From Haplodiscus bocki (lineage: Eukaryota): a stretch of DNA of 64,000 nt. Location: contig OZ296651.1 of assembly GCA_965655095.1 (NCBI GenBank), forward strand, positions 3,658,001 through 3,722,000, written 5' to 3'. Below the pieces are notes generated by a model. That model ran no database searches. It was not told the DNA's origin and saw only the letters and a list, made by a program, of their open reading frames with translations. Below, in pieces: positions 36,300 through 52,000 of the stretch (the stretch's first letter is position 1; every line of letters starts with the position of its first letter). The position numbers and the translations under genes are program-made.

Positions 36300-39200
36300 T
36301 TGAAGCAAACTTCAGTAGTGAATCGGTACCCGACAGCAGAAAATGTCAGAATGCCAGGGTAATCATTTTTTTCAATGAAACACGAAAAACACTATCAAAT
36401 CTAAAGATGCAAGAAAACTAAAAGTACTGCGTTTCAGACAGTTTCAGATATCAAGAACAACCAATCATCCCAAAGTCTAGGACATATCTCGAAGATAAAC
36501 GTCTCGAAACACCAGCAACCTCGCCTATAAAGATGCAAGCCATCGTGCAAGAATCAGATCTACACGCATATAAATATTCATAACAGACACGGGAAACCTC
36601 ATCAACCGAGAACCACTGCTACGGAGCCATGAAAAACCCCACTAAAAACGCAGCGCTGAGTGTGGAAAACTAGATTACTAAGAGGCCAAAAACAAGCGGT
36701 TACAAGTAAACTCCGTTGATGGAAAAACCAGCCGTATATGGGTAACAGCCAGAAAAATTCAAACATGATAATACAAAAAAAAGACAAAATAATTTTCTTA
36801 ACAAATAAATTTTCATACTACTCTAAAAAGCCTCATCATAGGTAAAAATGATAGACAATCAAACAATCTACTACTTCAGACACTCACAGATATCAAGAAC
36901 AACCAATGATCCAAACCAAACCAGATATCTGGAAAATGACGTCCAGAAACACAACTAATCTCGACAATAAACACTCATCCTACCGTGAAAAAAAAACAGA
37001 TCTTCACGCTTTTAAAAACTCATATTAAACAGGGGAAACCTCATTAACCGAGAATCATTGCTACGGGGCCATTAAAAACAACACAAAAATTGCCGCTCTA
37101 ACCAAGTGTCGAAAACTAGGCTACGAAAAGGCCAAAAACAAGTGGTTTACATGTAAACTCCGTGAAAGGAAAAACCAGCCGTATACGGATAACAGACAGG
37201 AAAATGCAAACATGATATTACAAAAAAAGACATTTCTTGACAAAGGAATTTTCATAATATTACACTCAAAGCCTCAACACAGTTAAATATGCTAGCATTA
37301 AATATGCTAGCGAATCAAACAAGGTATAACCTGTCAGACACATCAGATAACAAGAACAACTAAAATCAGAACAATCCAAAAAAAACTTAAAGAACGTCTG
37401 GAAACAACATCAATCTCAACCAAAAACATGCATTTCAACGCGCTAATCTCAAATCTATATTCCATTCAAAAATCATATGAAACACGGGAAACATCATTAA
37501 CCGACACAAACTTCTGAGTTGTCACAAAATAAACCCCTAAGACACGAAAACAACGGCAAAATCAAATGTATTGCACATAAAACTATTTCGAAGCAAAATT
37601 CAGCCGTAGCTCGGTAAGACAGAAAAAAGCAAATATTTCAGAAAAGAGTATCATTCTTATTAGACACACAAAACACCATCACATGTAAATATGCTAAAAA
37701 ACATGGTACTGCCTTCCAGATACCGTCAAATATCGAAGACAACCAAAGATAAAAACAAATTCAGAAATATGGAAAATGACGTCTTACAACACTATACCTG
37801 AACAAAAAATGCATCCCATCATGAAGTGTTTGGAACTCTACTTTCATCATTTTCCAATGAATCCGAAAAACGTTAGCAACCGACAACTTTCGCAGAGGTG
37901 TCGCAAAAATCACCAGTAAAATTATGAAACGCCAGCTGAGTGTCGAAAAATAGTCAACCGAAAAGCCGAAAAGAGGTGGACTAAATGTAAAATCGTTTGA
38001 AGCAAACTTCAGTAGTGAATCGGTACCCGACAGCAGAAAATGTCAGAATGCCAGGGTAATCATTTTTTTCAATGAAACACGAAAAACACTATCAAATCTA
38101 AAGATGCAAGAAAACTAAAAGTACTGCGTTTCAGACAGTTTCAGATATCAAGAACAACCAATCATCCCAAATTCTAGGACATATCTCGAAGATAAACGTC
38201 TCGAAACACCAGCAACCTCGCCAATAAAGATGCAAGCCATCGTGCAAGAATCAGATCTACACGCATATAAATATTCATAACAGACACGGGAAACCTCATC
38301 AACCGAGAACCACAGCTACGGAGCCATGAAAAACCCCACTAAAAACGCAGCGCTGAGTGTCGAAAACTAGATTACTAAGAGGCCAAAAACAAGCGGTTAC
38401 AAGAAAACTCCGTTGATGTAAAAACAAGCCGTATATGGGCAAGAGGCAGAAAAACGCAAACTGGATTATACAAAATTGACAAATTGATTTTCTTAACAAA
38501 TAAATTTTCATATTAAACATTTAAAGCCTCATCATGATAAATACGCTAGCAAATTAAAAAAAGTACTACCTCTCAGACGACTTCAGATATCAAGAACAAC
38601 TAATTATCCAAATCAAACCAGATATCTGGAAAATGACGTCTAGAAACACTACTAATCTTGACAATAAAGCTTCTTCCTATCGTGAAAAAACTAGATATTC
38701 ACGCTTTTAAAAATTCATACTAAACACGGGAAACCTCATTAACAGAGAATCATTGCCACGGATCCATGAAAAACAACACAAAAAAGCAGCTCTAACTGAG
38801 CGTCGAAAACTAGGCTACCAAAAGGCCAAAAAAATGGTTCACATGAAAACTCCGTTGAAGGAAAAACCAGCCGTATATGGGTAACAGGCAGAAAAATGCA
38901 AACATGATGTTACGGATGTTAGAAAAAAAAGACATTGATTTTCGTAACAAAGAAAAAATTTTAAGGTAAACAAGGCATAACCTGTCACGCATTTCAGATA
39001 TCAAGAACAACTAAGTTTCCAGAACAATCCAAAAAAACTCAAAAAAAAACGTCTAGAAACAACATCAATCTCAGTCTTCAAGATGCAATTCAACATGCTA
39101 CTTCCAGATCTATATGCAAATCATTATTCATATGAAACACGAAAAACATCATTAACCGACAAAAACTTCGAGTGGTCAAAAAATAAACAACTAAAACAAA

Positions 39201-42200
39201 GCAAAGACGTCTGAATGTTGAAAAAAGCAATTACAAGGGCAAAAACAAATGTATTCCACAAGAAACTCTTTCGAAGCAAAATTAAGCAGTAGACCGGTAA
39301 GACAGAAAAATGCAAACCGTCAGAAGAAATGAGAGAATAACAATCAATTCAAACACGAGAGCACCATCACATGAAAAGATGCCACAAAAAAACAAGGTAC
39401 TGCCTTTCAGATACCGTCAAATATCGAGTAAAATCATTGGTAGAAACGAATTCAGAAATCTGGAAAAGGACGTCTTACAACACTAAGCCTGAACACAAAA
39501 ATTCATCCGATCATGAAGTGTTTGGATCTATACTTTCATCATTTTCAAATGCAACCCGGGAAACCTTGGCAACCGACAATATTAGCAGAGTGGTCACAAA
39601 ATACAGCAGTAAAATTACTCGACGCCAGCTGAGTGTCGAAAACTAGTCGACCAAGAGGCCAAAAACAGGTGGACTACATGTAAAATCGTTTGAAGCAAAC
39701 TTCAGTGGTGAATCGGTACCCGACAGCAGAAAATGTCAGAATGCCAGGGTAATCATTTTTTTCAATGAAACACGAAAAACACTATCAAATCTGAAGATGC
39801 AAGAAAACTAAAAGTACTGCGTTTCAGACAGTTTCAGATATCAAGAACAACCAATCATCCCAAAGTCTAGGACATATCTCGAAGATAAACGTCTCGAAAC
39901 ACCAGCAACCTCGCCTATAAAGATGCAAGCCATCGTGCAAGAATCAGATCTACACGCATATAAATATTCATAACAGACACGGGAAACCTCATCAACCGAG
40001 AACCACTGCTACGGAGCCATGAAAAACCCCACTAAAAACGCAGCGCTGAGTGTGGAAAACTAGATTACTAAGAGGCCAAAAACAAGCGGTTACAAGTAAA
40101 CTCCGTTGATGGAAAAACCAGCCGTATATGGGTAACAGCCAGAAAAATTCAAACATGATAATACAAAAAAAAGACAAAATAATTTTCTTAACAAATAAAT
40201 TTTCATACTACTCTAAAAAGCCTCATCATAGGTAAAAATGCTAGACAATCAAACAATCTACTACTTCAGACACTCACAGATATCAAGAACAACCAATGAT
40301 CCAAATCAAACCAGATATCTGGAAAATGACGTCCAGAAACACAACTAATCTCGACAATAAACACTCATCCTACCGTGAAAAAAAAACAGATCTTCACGCT
40401 TTTAAAAACTCATATTAAACAGGGGAAACCTCATTAACCGAGAATCATTGCTACGGGGCCATTAAAAACAACACAAAAATTGCCGCTCTAACCAAGTGTC
40501 GAAAACTAGGCTACGAAAAGGCCAAAAACAAGTGGTTTACATGTAAACTCCGTGAAAGGAAAAACCAGCCGTATACGGATAATAGACAGGAAAATGCAAA
40601 CATGATATTACAAAAAAAAGACATTTCTTGACAAAGGAATTTTCATAATATTACACTCAAAGCCTCAACACAGTTAAATATGCTAGCATTAAATATGCTA
40701 GCGAATCAAACAAGGTATAACCTGTCAGACACATCAGATAACAAGAACAACTAAAATCAGAACAATCCAAAAAAAACTTAAAGAACGTCTGGAAACGACA
40801 TCAATCTCAACCATAAACATGCATTTCAACGCGCTAATCTCAAATCTATATTCCATTCAAAAATCATATGAAACACGGGAAACATCATTAACCGACACAA
40901 ACTTCTGAGTTGTCACAAAATAAACCCCTAAGACACGAAAACAACGGCAAAATCAAATGTATTGCACATAAAACTATTTCGAAGCAAAATTCAGCCGTAG
41001 CTCGGTAAGACAGAAAAAAGCAAATATTTCAGAAAAGAGTATCATTCTTATTAGACACACAAAACACAATCACATGTAAATATGCTAAAAAACATGGTAC
41101 TGCCTTCCAGATACCGTCAAATATCGAAGACAACCAAAGATAAAAACAAATTCAGAAATATGGAAAATGACGTCTTACAACACTATACCTGAACAAAAAA
41201 TGCATCCCATCATGAAGTGTTTGGAACTCTACTTTCATCATTTTCCAATGAATCCGAAAAACGTTAGCAACCGACAACTTTCGCAGAGGTGTCGCAAAAA
41301 TCACCAGTAAAATTATGAAACGCCAGCTGAGTGTCGAAAAATAGTCAACCGAAAAGCCGAAAAGAGGTGGACTAAATGTAAAATCGTTTGAAGCAAACTT
41401 CAGTAGTGAATCGGTACCCGACAGCAGAAAATGTCAGAATGCCAGGGTAATCATTTTTTTCAATGAAACACGAAAAACACTATCAAATCTAAAGATGCAA
41501 GAAAACTAAAAGTACTGCGTTTCAGACAGTTTCAGATATCAAGAACAACCAATCATCCCAAATTCTAGGACATATCTCGAAGATAAACGTCTCGAAACAC
41601 CAGCAACCTCGCCAATAAAGATGCAAGCCATCGTGCAAGAATCAGATCTACACGCATATAAATATTCATAACAGACACGGGAAACCTCATCAACCGAGAA
41701 CCACAGCTACGGAGCCATGAAAAACCCCACTAAAAACGCAGCGCTGAGTGTCGAAAACTAGATTACTAAGAGGCCAAAAACAAGCGGTTACAAGAAAACT
41801 CCGTTGATGTAAAAACAAGCCGTATATGGGCAAGAGGCAGAAAAACGCAAACTGGATTACACAAAATTGACAAATTGATTTTCTTAACAAATAAATTTTC
41901 ATATTAAACATTTAAAGCCTCATCATGATAAATACGCTAGCAAATTAAAAAAAGTACTACCTCTCAGACGACTTCAGATATCAAGAACAACTAATTATCC
42001 AAATCAAACCAGATATCTGGAAAATGACGTCTAGAAACACTACTAATCTTGACAATAAAGCTTCTTCCTATCGTGAAAAAACTAGATATTCACGCTTTTA
42101 AAAATTCATACTAAACACGGGAAACCTCATTAACAGAGAATCATTGCCACGGATCCATGAAAAACAACACAAAAAAGCAGCTCTAACTGAGCGTCGAAAA

Positions 42201-43080
42201 CTAGGCTACCAAAAGGCCAAAAAAATGGTTCACATGAAAACTCCGTTGAAGGAAAAACCAGCCGTATATGGGTAACAGGCAGAAAAATGCAAACATGATG
42301 TTACGGATGTTAGAAAAAAAAGACATTAATTTTCGTAACAAAGAAAAAATTTTAAGGTAAACAAGGCATAACCTGTCACGCATTTCAGATATCAAGAACA
42401 ACTAAGTTTCCAGAACAATCCAAAAAAACTCAAAAAAAAACGTCTAGAAACAACATCAATCTCAGTCTTCAAGATGCAATTCAACATGCTACTTCCAGAT
42501 CTATATGCAAATCATTATTCATATGAAACACGAAAAACATCATTAACCGACAAAAACTTCGAGTGGTCAAAAAGTAAACCACTAAAACAAAGCAAAGACG
42601 TCTGAATGTTGAAAAAAGCAATTACAAGGGCAAAAACAAATGTATTCCACAAGAAACTCTTTCGAAGCAAAATTAAGCAGTAGACCGGTAAGACAGAAAA
42701 ATGCAAACCGTCAGAAGAAATGAGAGAATAACAATCAATTCAAACACGAGAGCACCATCACATGAAAAGATGTTACAAAAAAACAAGGTACTGCCTTTCA
42801 GATACCGTCAAATATCGAGTAAAATCATTGGTAGAAACGAATTCAGAAATCTGGAAAAGGACGTCTTACAACACTAAGCCTGAACACAAAAATTCATCCG
42901 ATCATGAAGTGTTTGGATCTATACTTTCATCATTTTCAAATGCAACCCGGGAAACCTTGGCAACCGACAATATTAGCAGAGTGGTCACAAAATACAGCAG
43001 TAAAATTACTCGACGCCAGCTGAGTGTCGAAAACTAGTCGACCAAGAGGCCAAAAACAGGTGGACTACATGTAAAATCGT
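36300..43080. repeat. ~3,391-bp 8-monomer HOR, two copies
   Basis: ORF offsets 36602/39992, 38299/41690, 38810/42201, 39124/42515 and 39371/42762 (3,390-3,391 bp). Boundaries are approximate. Confidence 0.85.
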
Positions 43081-43099
43081 TTGAAACAAACTTCAGCAG

Positions 43100-46000
43100 T
43101 GAATCGGTAGCCGACAGCAGAAAAACGTCAGAATGTAATGGTAATCACATTTTATATAAAACACGAAAAGCACCATCAAACGTAAAGATGCAAGAAAACT
43201 GAAAGTACTGCCTTTCAGACAGTTTCAGATGTCAAGAATAAACAATCATCCGAAAGTCCAGCACATATCTAGAAGATGACGTCTAGAAACACCACCAATC
43301 TCGACAAATAAGATTCATCCCATCGTGAAAAAACCAGCTTTCACGCTTTTAAAAATTCATATCAAACACGGGAAACCTCATTAAAACGAGAATCATTGCT
43401 ATGAGCCATGAAAAACAACACAAAAAATGCAGCTGCCAACTGACTGTCGAAAGCTAGGCTACCAAGAGGCCAAAAACAAGTGGTAAACATGTAAACTCCG
43501 TTGAAGGAAAAACCAGCCGTATATGGGTAACCGGCAAAAAAACGCAGGCATGATGTTACAAAAACAGACAATAATTTTCTCAACAATTAGATTTTCACAA
43601 TAAACAATCAAAGCCTCAACATAGTTGAATATGCTAGCAAATCAAACAAGGTATAACCTGTCAGACACTTCAGATATCAGGAAAAACTAATTATCCAAAT
43701 CAAACCAGCTATCTGGAAAAAAACGTCTAGAAACAACATCAATCTCAACCATAAACATGCATTCCAACGCGATAATTTCAGATCTATATGCCATTCATTA
43801 TTCACATGGAACACGGGAAACATCATTAACCGACACAAACTTCTGAGTTGTCAAAAAAACAAACCGCTAAGATACAGCAACGCTAAGAGAATATTGAAAA
43901 AAAACGAAAACAAGAGCAAAAACAAATGTATTCCACATGAAACTCTTTCGAAGCAAAATTAAGGCGTAGATCGGTAAGACAGAAAAATGCAATCACGTCA
44001 GAAGAAACGACAGAATAACGATCAATTCAAACACGATAGCATCATCACATGAAAACATGCCACGGAAAAAACAAGGTACTGCTTTTCAGATACCGTCAAA
44101 TATCGAGTACAATCATTGGTAGAAACGAATTCAGAAATCTGGAAAAGGACGTCTCACAACACTAAAACTGAACACAAAAATTCATCCGATCATTAAGTGT
44201 TTGGATCTATACTTTAATCATTTTCAACACACATCATTCAACATCGTTCACAACACTAAACCTGAACACAAAAATTCATCCGATCATGAAGTGTTTGGAT
44301 CTATACTTTCATCATTTTCAAATGAAACCCGGGAAACCTTGGCAACCGACAATATTAGCAGAGTGTTCACAAAATACAGCAGTAAAATTACTCAACGCCA
44401 ATTGAGTGTCGAAAAATAGTCGACCAAGAGGCCGAAAACAGGTGGACTACATGTGAAATCGTTTCAACCAAACTTCAGCAGTGAATCGGTAGCCGACAGA
44501 AAAAAACGTCAGAATGTAATGGTAATCACTTTTTATATAAAACACGAAAAGCACCATCAAACGTAAAGATGCAAGAAAACTGAAAGTACTGCCTTTCAGA
44601 CAATTTCAGATGTCAAGAATAAACAATCATCCGAAATTCCAGCACATATCTAGAAGATGACGTCTAGAAACACCACCAATCTCGACAAATAAGATTCATC
44701 CCATCGTGAAAAAACCAGCTTTCACGCTTTTAAAAATTCATATTAAACACGGGAAACCTCATTAAAACGAGAATCATTGCTACGAGCCATGAAAAACAAC
44801 ACAAAAAATGCAGCTGCCAACTGACTGTCGAAAGCTAGGCTACCAAGAGGCCAAAAACAAGTGGTAAACATGTAAACTCCGTTGAAGGAAAAACCAGCCG
44901 TATATGGGTAACCGGCAGAAAAACGCAGGCATGATGTTACAAAAACAGACAATAATTTTCTCAACAATTAGATTTTCACAATAAACAATCAAAGCCTCAA
45001 CATAGTTGAATATGCTAGCAAATCAAACAAGGTATAACCTGTCAGACACTTCAGATATCAGGAAAAACTAATTATCCAAATCAAACCAGCTATCTGGAAA
45101 AAAACGTCTAGAAACAACATCAATCTCAACCATAAACATGCATTCCAACGCGATAATTTCAGATCTATATGCCATTCATTATTCACATGGAACACGGGAA
45201 ACATCATTAACCGACACAAACTTCTGAGTTGTCAAAAAAACAAACCGCTAAGATACAGCAACGCTAAGAGAATATTGAAAAAAAAAACGAAAACAAGAGC
45301 AAAAACAAATGTATTCCACATGAAACCTTTCGAAGCAAAATTAAGGCGTAGATCGGTAAGACAGAAAAATGCAATCACGTCAGAAAAAACGACAGAATAA
45401 CGATCAATTCTAACACGATAGCATCATCACATGAAAAGATGCCACGGAAAAAACAAGGTACTGCCTTTCAGATACCGTCAAATAGCGAGAACAATCATTG
45501 GTAGAAACGAATTCAGAAATCTGGAAAAGGACGTCTCACAACACTAAAACTGAACACAAAAATTCATCCGATCATTAAGTGTTTGGATCTATACTTTAAT
45601 CATTTTCAACACACATCATTCAACATCGTTCACAACACTAAACCTGAACACAAAAATTCATCCGATCATGAAGTGTTTGGATCTATACTTTCATCATTTT
45701 CAAATGAAACCCGGGAAACCTTGGCAACCGACAATATTAGCAGAGTGGTCACAAAATACAGCAGTAAAATTACTCAACGCCAATTGAGTGTCGAAAAATA
45801 GTCGACCAAGAGGCCGAAAACAGGTGGACTACATGTGAAATCGTTTCAACCAAACTTCAGCAGTGAATCGGTAGCCGACGGAAAAAAACGTCAGAATGTA
45901 AGGGTAATCACTTTTTATATAAAACACGAAAAGCACCATCAAACGTAAAGATGCAAGAAAACTGAAAGTACTGCCTTTCAGACAATTTCAGATGTCAAGA

Positions 46001-49000
46001 ATAAACAATCATCCGAAATTCCAGCACATATCTAGAAGATGACGTCTAGAAACACCACCAATCTCGACAAATAAGATTCATCCCATCGTGAAAAAACCAG
46101 CTTTCACGCTTTTAAAAATTCATATTAAACACGGGAAACCTCATTAAAACGAGAATCATTGCTACGAGCCATGAAAAACAACACAAAAAATGCAGCTGCC
46201 AACTGACTGTCGAAAGCTAGGCTACCAAGAGGCCAAAAACAAGTGGTAAACATGTAAACTCCGTTGAAGGAAAAACCAGCCGTATATGGGTAACCGGCAG
46301 AAATACGCAGGCATGATGTTACAAAAACAGACAATAATTTTCTCAACAATTAGATTTTCACAATAAACAATCAAAGCCTCAACATAGTTGAATATGCTAG
46401 CAAATCAAACAAGGTTATAACCTGTCAGACACTTCAGATATCAGGAAAAACTAACTATCCAAATCAAACCAGCTATCTGGAAAAAAACGTCTAGAAACAA
46501 CATTAATCTCAACCATAAACATGCATTCCAACGCAATAATTTCAGATCTATATGCCATTCATTATTCACATGGAACACGGGAAACATCATTAACCGACAC
46601 AAACTTCTGAGTTGTCAAAAAAACAAACCGCCAAGATACAGCAACGCTAAGAGAATATTGAAAAAAAAAACGAAAACAAGAGCAAAAACAAATGTATTCC
46701 ACATGAAACTCTTTCGAAGCAAAATTAAGGCGTAGATCGGTAAGACAGAAAAATGCAATCACGTCAGAAGAAACGACAGAATAACGATCAATTCAAACAC
46801 GATAGCATCATCACATGAAAAGATGCCACGAAAAAAAACAAGGTACTGCCTTTCAGATACCGTCAAATATCGAGTACAATCATTGGTAGAAACGAATTCA
46901 GAAATCTGGAAAAGGACGTCTCACAACACTAAAACTGAACACAAAAATTCATCCGATCATTAAGTGTTTGGATCTATACTTTAATCATTTTCAACACACA
47001 TCATTCAACATCGTTCACAACACTAAACCTGAACACAAAAATTCATCCGATCATGAAGTGTTTGGATCTATACTTTCATCATTTTCAAATGAAACCCGGG
47101 AAACCTTGGCAACCGACAATATTAGCAGAGTGGTCACAAAATACAGCAGTAAAATTACTCAACGCCAATTGAGTGTCGAAAAAAAGTCGACCAAGAGGCC
47201 GAAAACAGGTGGACTACATGTGAAATCGTTTCAACCAAACTTCAGCAGTGAATCGGTAGCCGACAGAAAAAAACGTCAGAATGTAATGGTAATCACTTTT
47301 TATATAAAACACGAAAAGCACCATCAAACGTAAAGATGCAAGAAAACTGAAAGTACTGCCTTTCAGACAATTTCAGATGTCAAGAAAAAACAATCATCCG
47401 AAAGTCCAGCACATATCTAGAAAATGACGTCTAGAAACACCACCAATCTCGACAAATAAGATTCATCCCATCGTGAAAAAACCAGCTTTCACGCTTTTAA
47501 AAATTCATATTAAATACGGGAAACCTCATTAAAACGAGAATCATTGCTACGAGCCACGAAAAACAACACAAAAAATGCAGCTGTCAACTGACTGTCGAAA
47601 GCTAGGCTACCAAGAGGCCAAAAACAAGTGGTAAACATGTAAACTCCATTGAAGTAAAAACCAGCCGTATATGGGTAACCGTCAGAAAAACGCAGTCAAG
47701 ATGTTACAAAAAAAACATTCACTTTGTTAACAAATAAAGTTTCATAAAAAACACTCAAGTCTCAACATAGTTGAATGTGCTAGCAAATCAAACAAGGCAC
47801 AACCTGTCAGACACTTCAGATAGGAAGAACAAATACGTTCCCAGGAGAATCCAAAAAAAATGAAAAAAAAAACGTCTGGAAACAACATCAATCTCAGTCT
47901 TCAAGATGCAATTCAACATGCTACTTTCAGATCTATATGCTAATCATTATTCATATGAAACACGGAAAACATCATTAACCGACAAAAACTTCGAGTGGTC
48001 ACAAAATAAACCACTAAAATAAAGCAAAGACGTCTGAATGTTGAAAAAAGCAATTACAAGGGCAAGAACAAATGTATTCCACATGAAACTCTTTCGAAGC
48101 AAAATTAAGCAGTAGACCGGTAAGACAGAAAAATGCAAACCGTCAGAAGAAATGAGAGAATAACAATCAATTGAAACACGATAGCACCATCACATGTAAA
48201 GATGCCACAAAAAAACAAGGTACTGCCTTTCAGATACCTTCAAATATCGAGTACAATCATTGATAGAAACGAATTCAGAAATCTGGAAAAGGACGTCTTA
48301 CAACAGTAAACCTGAACACAAAAAATCATCCGATCATGAAGTGTTTGGATCTATACTTTCATCATTTTCAAATGCAACCCGGGAAACCTTGGCAACTGAC
48401 AATATTAGCAGAGTGGTCACAAAATACAGCAGTAAAATTACTCAACGCCAGCTGAGTGTCGAAAAAAAGGCCACCAAGAGGCCAAAAACAAGTGGTATAC
48501 ATGTAAACTCCGTCGAAGGAAAAACCATCCGTATATGGGTAACCGGCAGAAAAACGCAGGCATGATGTTACAAAAACAGACAATAATTTTCTCAACAATT
48601 AGATTTTCTCAATAAACAATCAAAGCCTCAACATAGTTGAATATGCTAGCAAATCAAACAAGGTATAACCTGTCAGACACTTCAGATATCAGGAAAAACT
48701 AATTATCCAAATCAAACCAGCTATCTGGAAAAAAAACGTCTAGAAACAACATCAATCTCAACCATAAACATGCATTCCAACGCGATAATTTCAGATCTAT
48801 ATGCCATTCATTATTCACATGGAACACGGGAAACATCATTAACCGACACAAACTTCTGAGTTGTCAAAAAAACAAACCACTAAAATAAAGCAAAGACGTC
48901 TGAATGTTGAAAAAAGCAAGTACAAGGGCAAAAACAAACGTATTCCACAAGAAACTCTTTCGAAGCAAAATTAGGCCGTAGATCGGTAAGACAGAAAAAT

Positions 49001-52000
49001 GCAAACCGTCAGAAGAAATGAGAGAATAACAATCAATTGAAACACGATAGCACCATCACATGTAAAGATGCCACAAAAAAACAAGGTACTGCCTTTCAGA
49101 TACCGTCAAATATCGATTACAATCATTGATGGAAACGAATTCAGAAATCTGGAAAAGGACGTCTTACAACACTAAACCTGAACACAAAAATTCATCCGAT
49201 CATGAAGTGTTTGGATCTATACTTTCATCATTTTCAAATGAAACCCGGGAAACCTTGGCAACCGACAATATTAGCAGAGTGGTCACAAAATACAGCAGTA
49301 AAATTACTCAACGCCAATTGAGTGTCGAAAAATAGTCGACCAAGAGGCCGAAAACAGGTGGACTACATGTGAAATCGTTTCAACCAAACTTCAGCAGTGA
49401 ATCGGTAGCCGACAGAAAAAAATGTCAGAATGTAATGGTAATCACTTTTTATATAAAACACGAAAAGCACCATCAAACGTAAAGATGCAGGAAAACTGAA
49501 AGTACTGCCTTTCAGACAATTTCAGATGTCAAGAATAAACAATCATCCGAAAGTCCAGCACATATCTAGAAAATGACGTCTAGAAACACCACCAATCTCG
49601 ACAAATAAGATTCATCCCATCGTGAAAAAACCAGCTTTCACGCTTTTAAAAATTCATATTAAATACGGGAAACCTCATTAAAACGAGAATCATTGCTACG
49701 AGCCATGAAAAACAACACAAAAAATGCAGCTGTCAACTGACTGTCGAAAGCTAGGCTACCAAGAGGCCAAAAACAAGTGGTAAACATGTAAACTCCTTTG
49801 AAGGAAAAACCAGCCGTATATGAGTAACCGTCAGAAAAACGCAGTCAAGATGTTACAAAAAAAACATTCACTTTGTTAACAAATAAAGTTTCATAAAAAA
49901 CACTCAAGTCTCAACATAGTTGAATGTGCTAGCAAATCAAACAAGGCACAACCTGTCAGACACTTCAGATAGGAAGAACAACTACGTTCCCAGGAGAATC
50001 CAAAAAAAATGAAAAAAAAACGTCTGGAAACAACATCAATCTCAGTCTTCAAGATGCAATTCAACATGCTACTTTCAGATCTATATGCTAATCATTATTC
50101 ATATGAAACACGGAAAACATCATTAACCGACAAAAACTTCGAGTGGTCACAAAATAAACCACTAAAATAAAGCAAAGACGTCTGAATGTTGAAAAAAGCA
50201 ATTACAAGGGCAAGAACAAATGTATTCCACATGAAACTCTTTCGAAGCAAAATTAAGCAGTAGACCGGTAAGACAGAAAAATGCAAACCGTCAGAAGAAA
50301 TGAGAGAATAACAATCAATTGAAACACGATAGCACCATCACATGTAAAGATGCCACAAAAAAACAAGGTACTGCCTTTCAGATACCTTCAAATATCGAGT
50401 ACAATCATTGATAGAAACGAATTCAGAAATCTGGAAAAGGACGTCTTACAACAGTAAACCTGAACACAAAAAATCATCCGATCATGAAGTGTTTGGATCT
50501 ATACTTTCATCATTTTCAAATGCAACCCGGGAAACCTTGGCAACTGACAATATTAGCAGAGTGGTCACAAAATACAGCAGTAAAATTACTCAACGCCAGC
50601 TGAGTGTCGAAAAAAAGGCCACCAAGAGGCCAAAAACAAGTGGTATACATGTAAACTCCGTCGAAGGAAAAACCATCCGTATATGGGTAACCGGCAGAAA
50701 AACGCAGGCATGATGTTACAAATACAGACAATAATTTTCTCAACAATTAGATTTTCACAATAAACAATCAAAGCCTCAACATAGTTGAATATGCTAGCAA
50801 ATCAAACAAGGTATAACCTGTCAGACACTTCAGATATCAGGAAAAACTAATTATCCAAATCAAACCAGCTATCTGGAAAAAAACGTCTAGAAACAACATC
50901 AATCTCAACCATAAACATGCATTCCAACGCGATAATTTCAGATCTATATGCCATTCATTATTCACATGGAACACGGGAAACATCATTAACCGACACAAAC
51001 TTCTGAGTTGTCAAAAAAACAAACCGCTAAGATACAGCAACGCTAAGAGAATATTGAAAAAAAAACGAAAACAAGAGCAAAAACAAATGTATTCCACATG
51101 AAACTCTTTCGAAGCAAAATTAAGGCGTAGATCGGTAAGACAGAAAAATGCAATCACGTCAGAAGAAACGACAGAATAACGATCAATTCAAACACGATAG
51201 CATCATCACATGAAAAGATGCCACGGAAAAAACAAGGTACTGCCTTTCAGATACCGTCAAATATCGAGTACAATCATTGGTAGAAACGAATTCAGAAATC
51301 TGGAAAAGGACGTCTCACAACACTAAAACTGAACACAAAAATTCATCCGATCATTAAGTGTTTGGATCTATACTTTAATCATTTTCAACACACATCATTC
51401 AACATCGTTCACAACACTAAACCTGAACACAAAAATTCATCCGATCATGAAGTGTTTGGATCTATACTTTCATCATTTTCAAATGAAACCCGGGAAACTT
51501 TGGCAACCGACAATATTAGCAGAGTGGTCACAAAAAACAGCAGTAAAATTACTCAACGCCAATTGAGTGTCGAAAAATAGTCGACCAAGAGGCCGAAAAC
51601 AGGTGGACTACATGTGAAATCGTTTCAACCAAACTTCAGCAGTAAATCGGTAGCCGACAGAAAAAAACGTCAGAATGTAATGGTAATCACTTTTTATATA
51701 AAACACGAAAAGCACCATCAAACGTAAAGATGCAAGAAAACTGAAAGTACTGCCTTTCAGACAATTTCAGATGTCAAGAATAAACAATCATCCGAAAGTC
51801 CAGCACATATCTAGAAGATGACGTCTAGAAACACCACCAATCTCGACAAATAAGATTCATCCCATCGTGAAAAAACCAGCTTTCACGCTTTTAAAAATTC
51901 ATATTAAACACGGGAAACCTCATTAAAACGAGAATCATTGCTACGAGCCATGAAAAACAACACAAAAAATGCAGCTGTCAACTGACTGACGAAAGCTAGG

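Noticed and set aside
47947-50286. 2,148-bp period in satellite B nearly equal to the 2,149-bp HOR in satellite A
   Set aside because: The sequences and monomer compositions differ. With many periods present, one near-match is plausibly coincidence.
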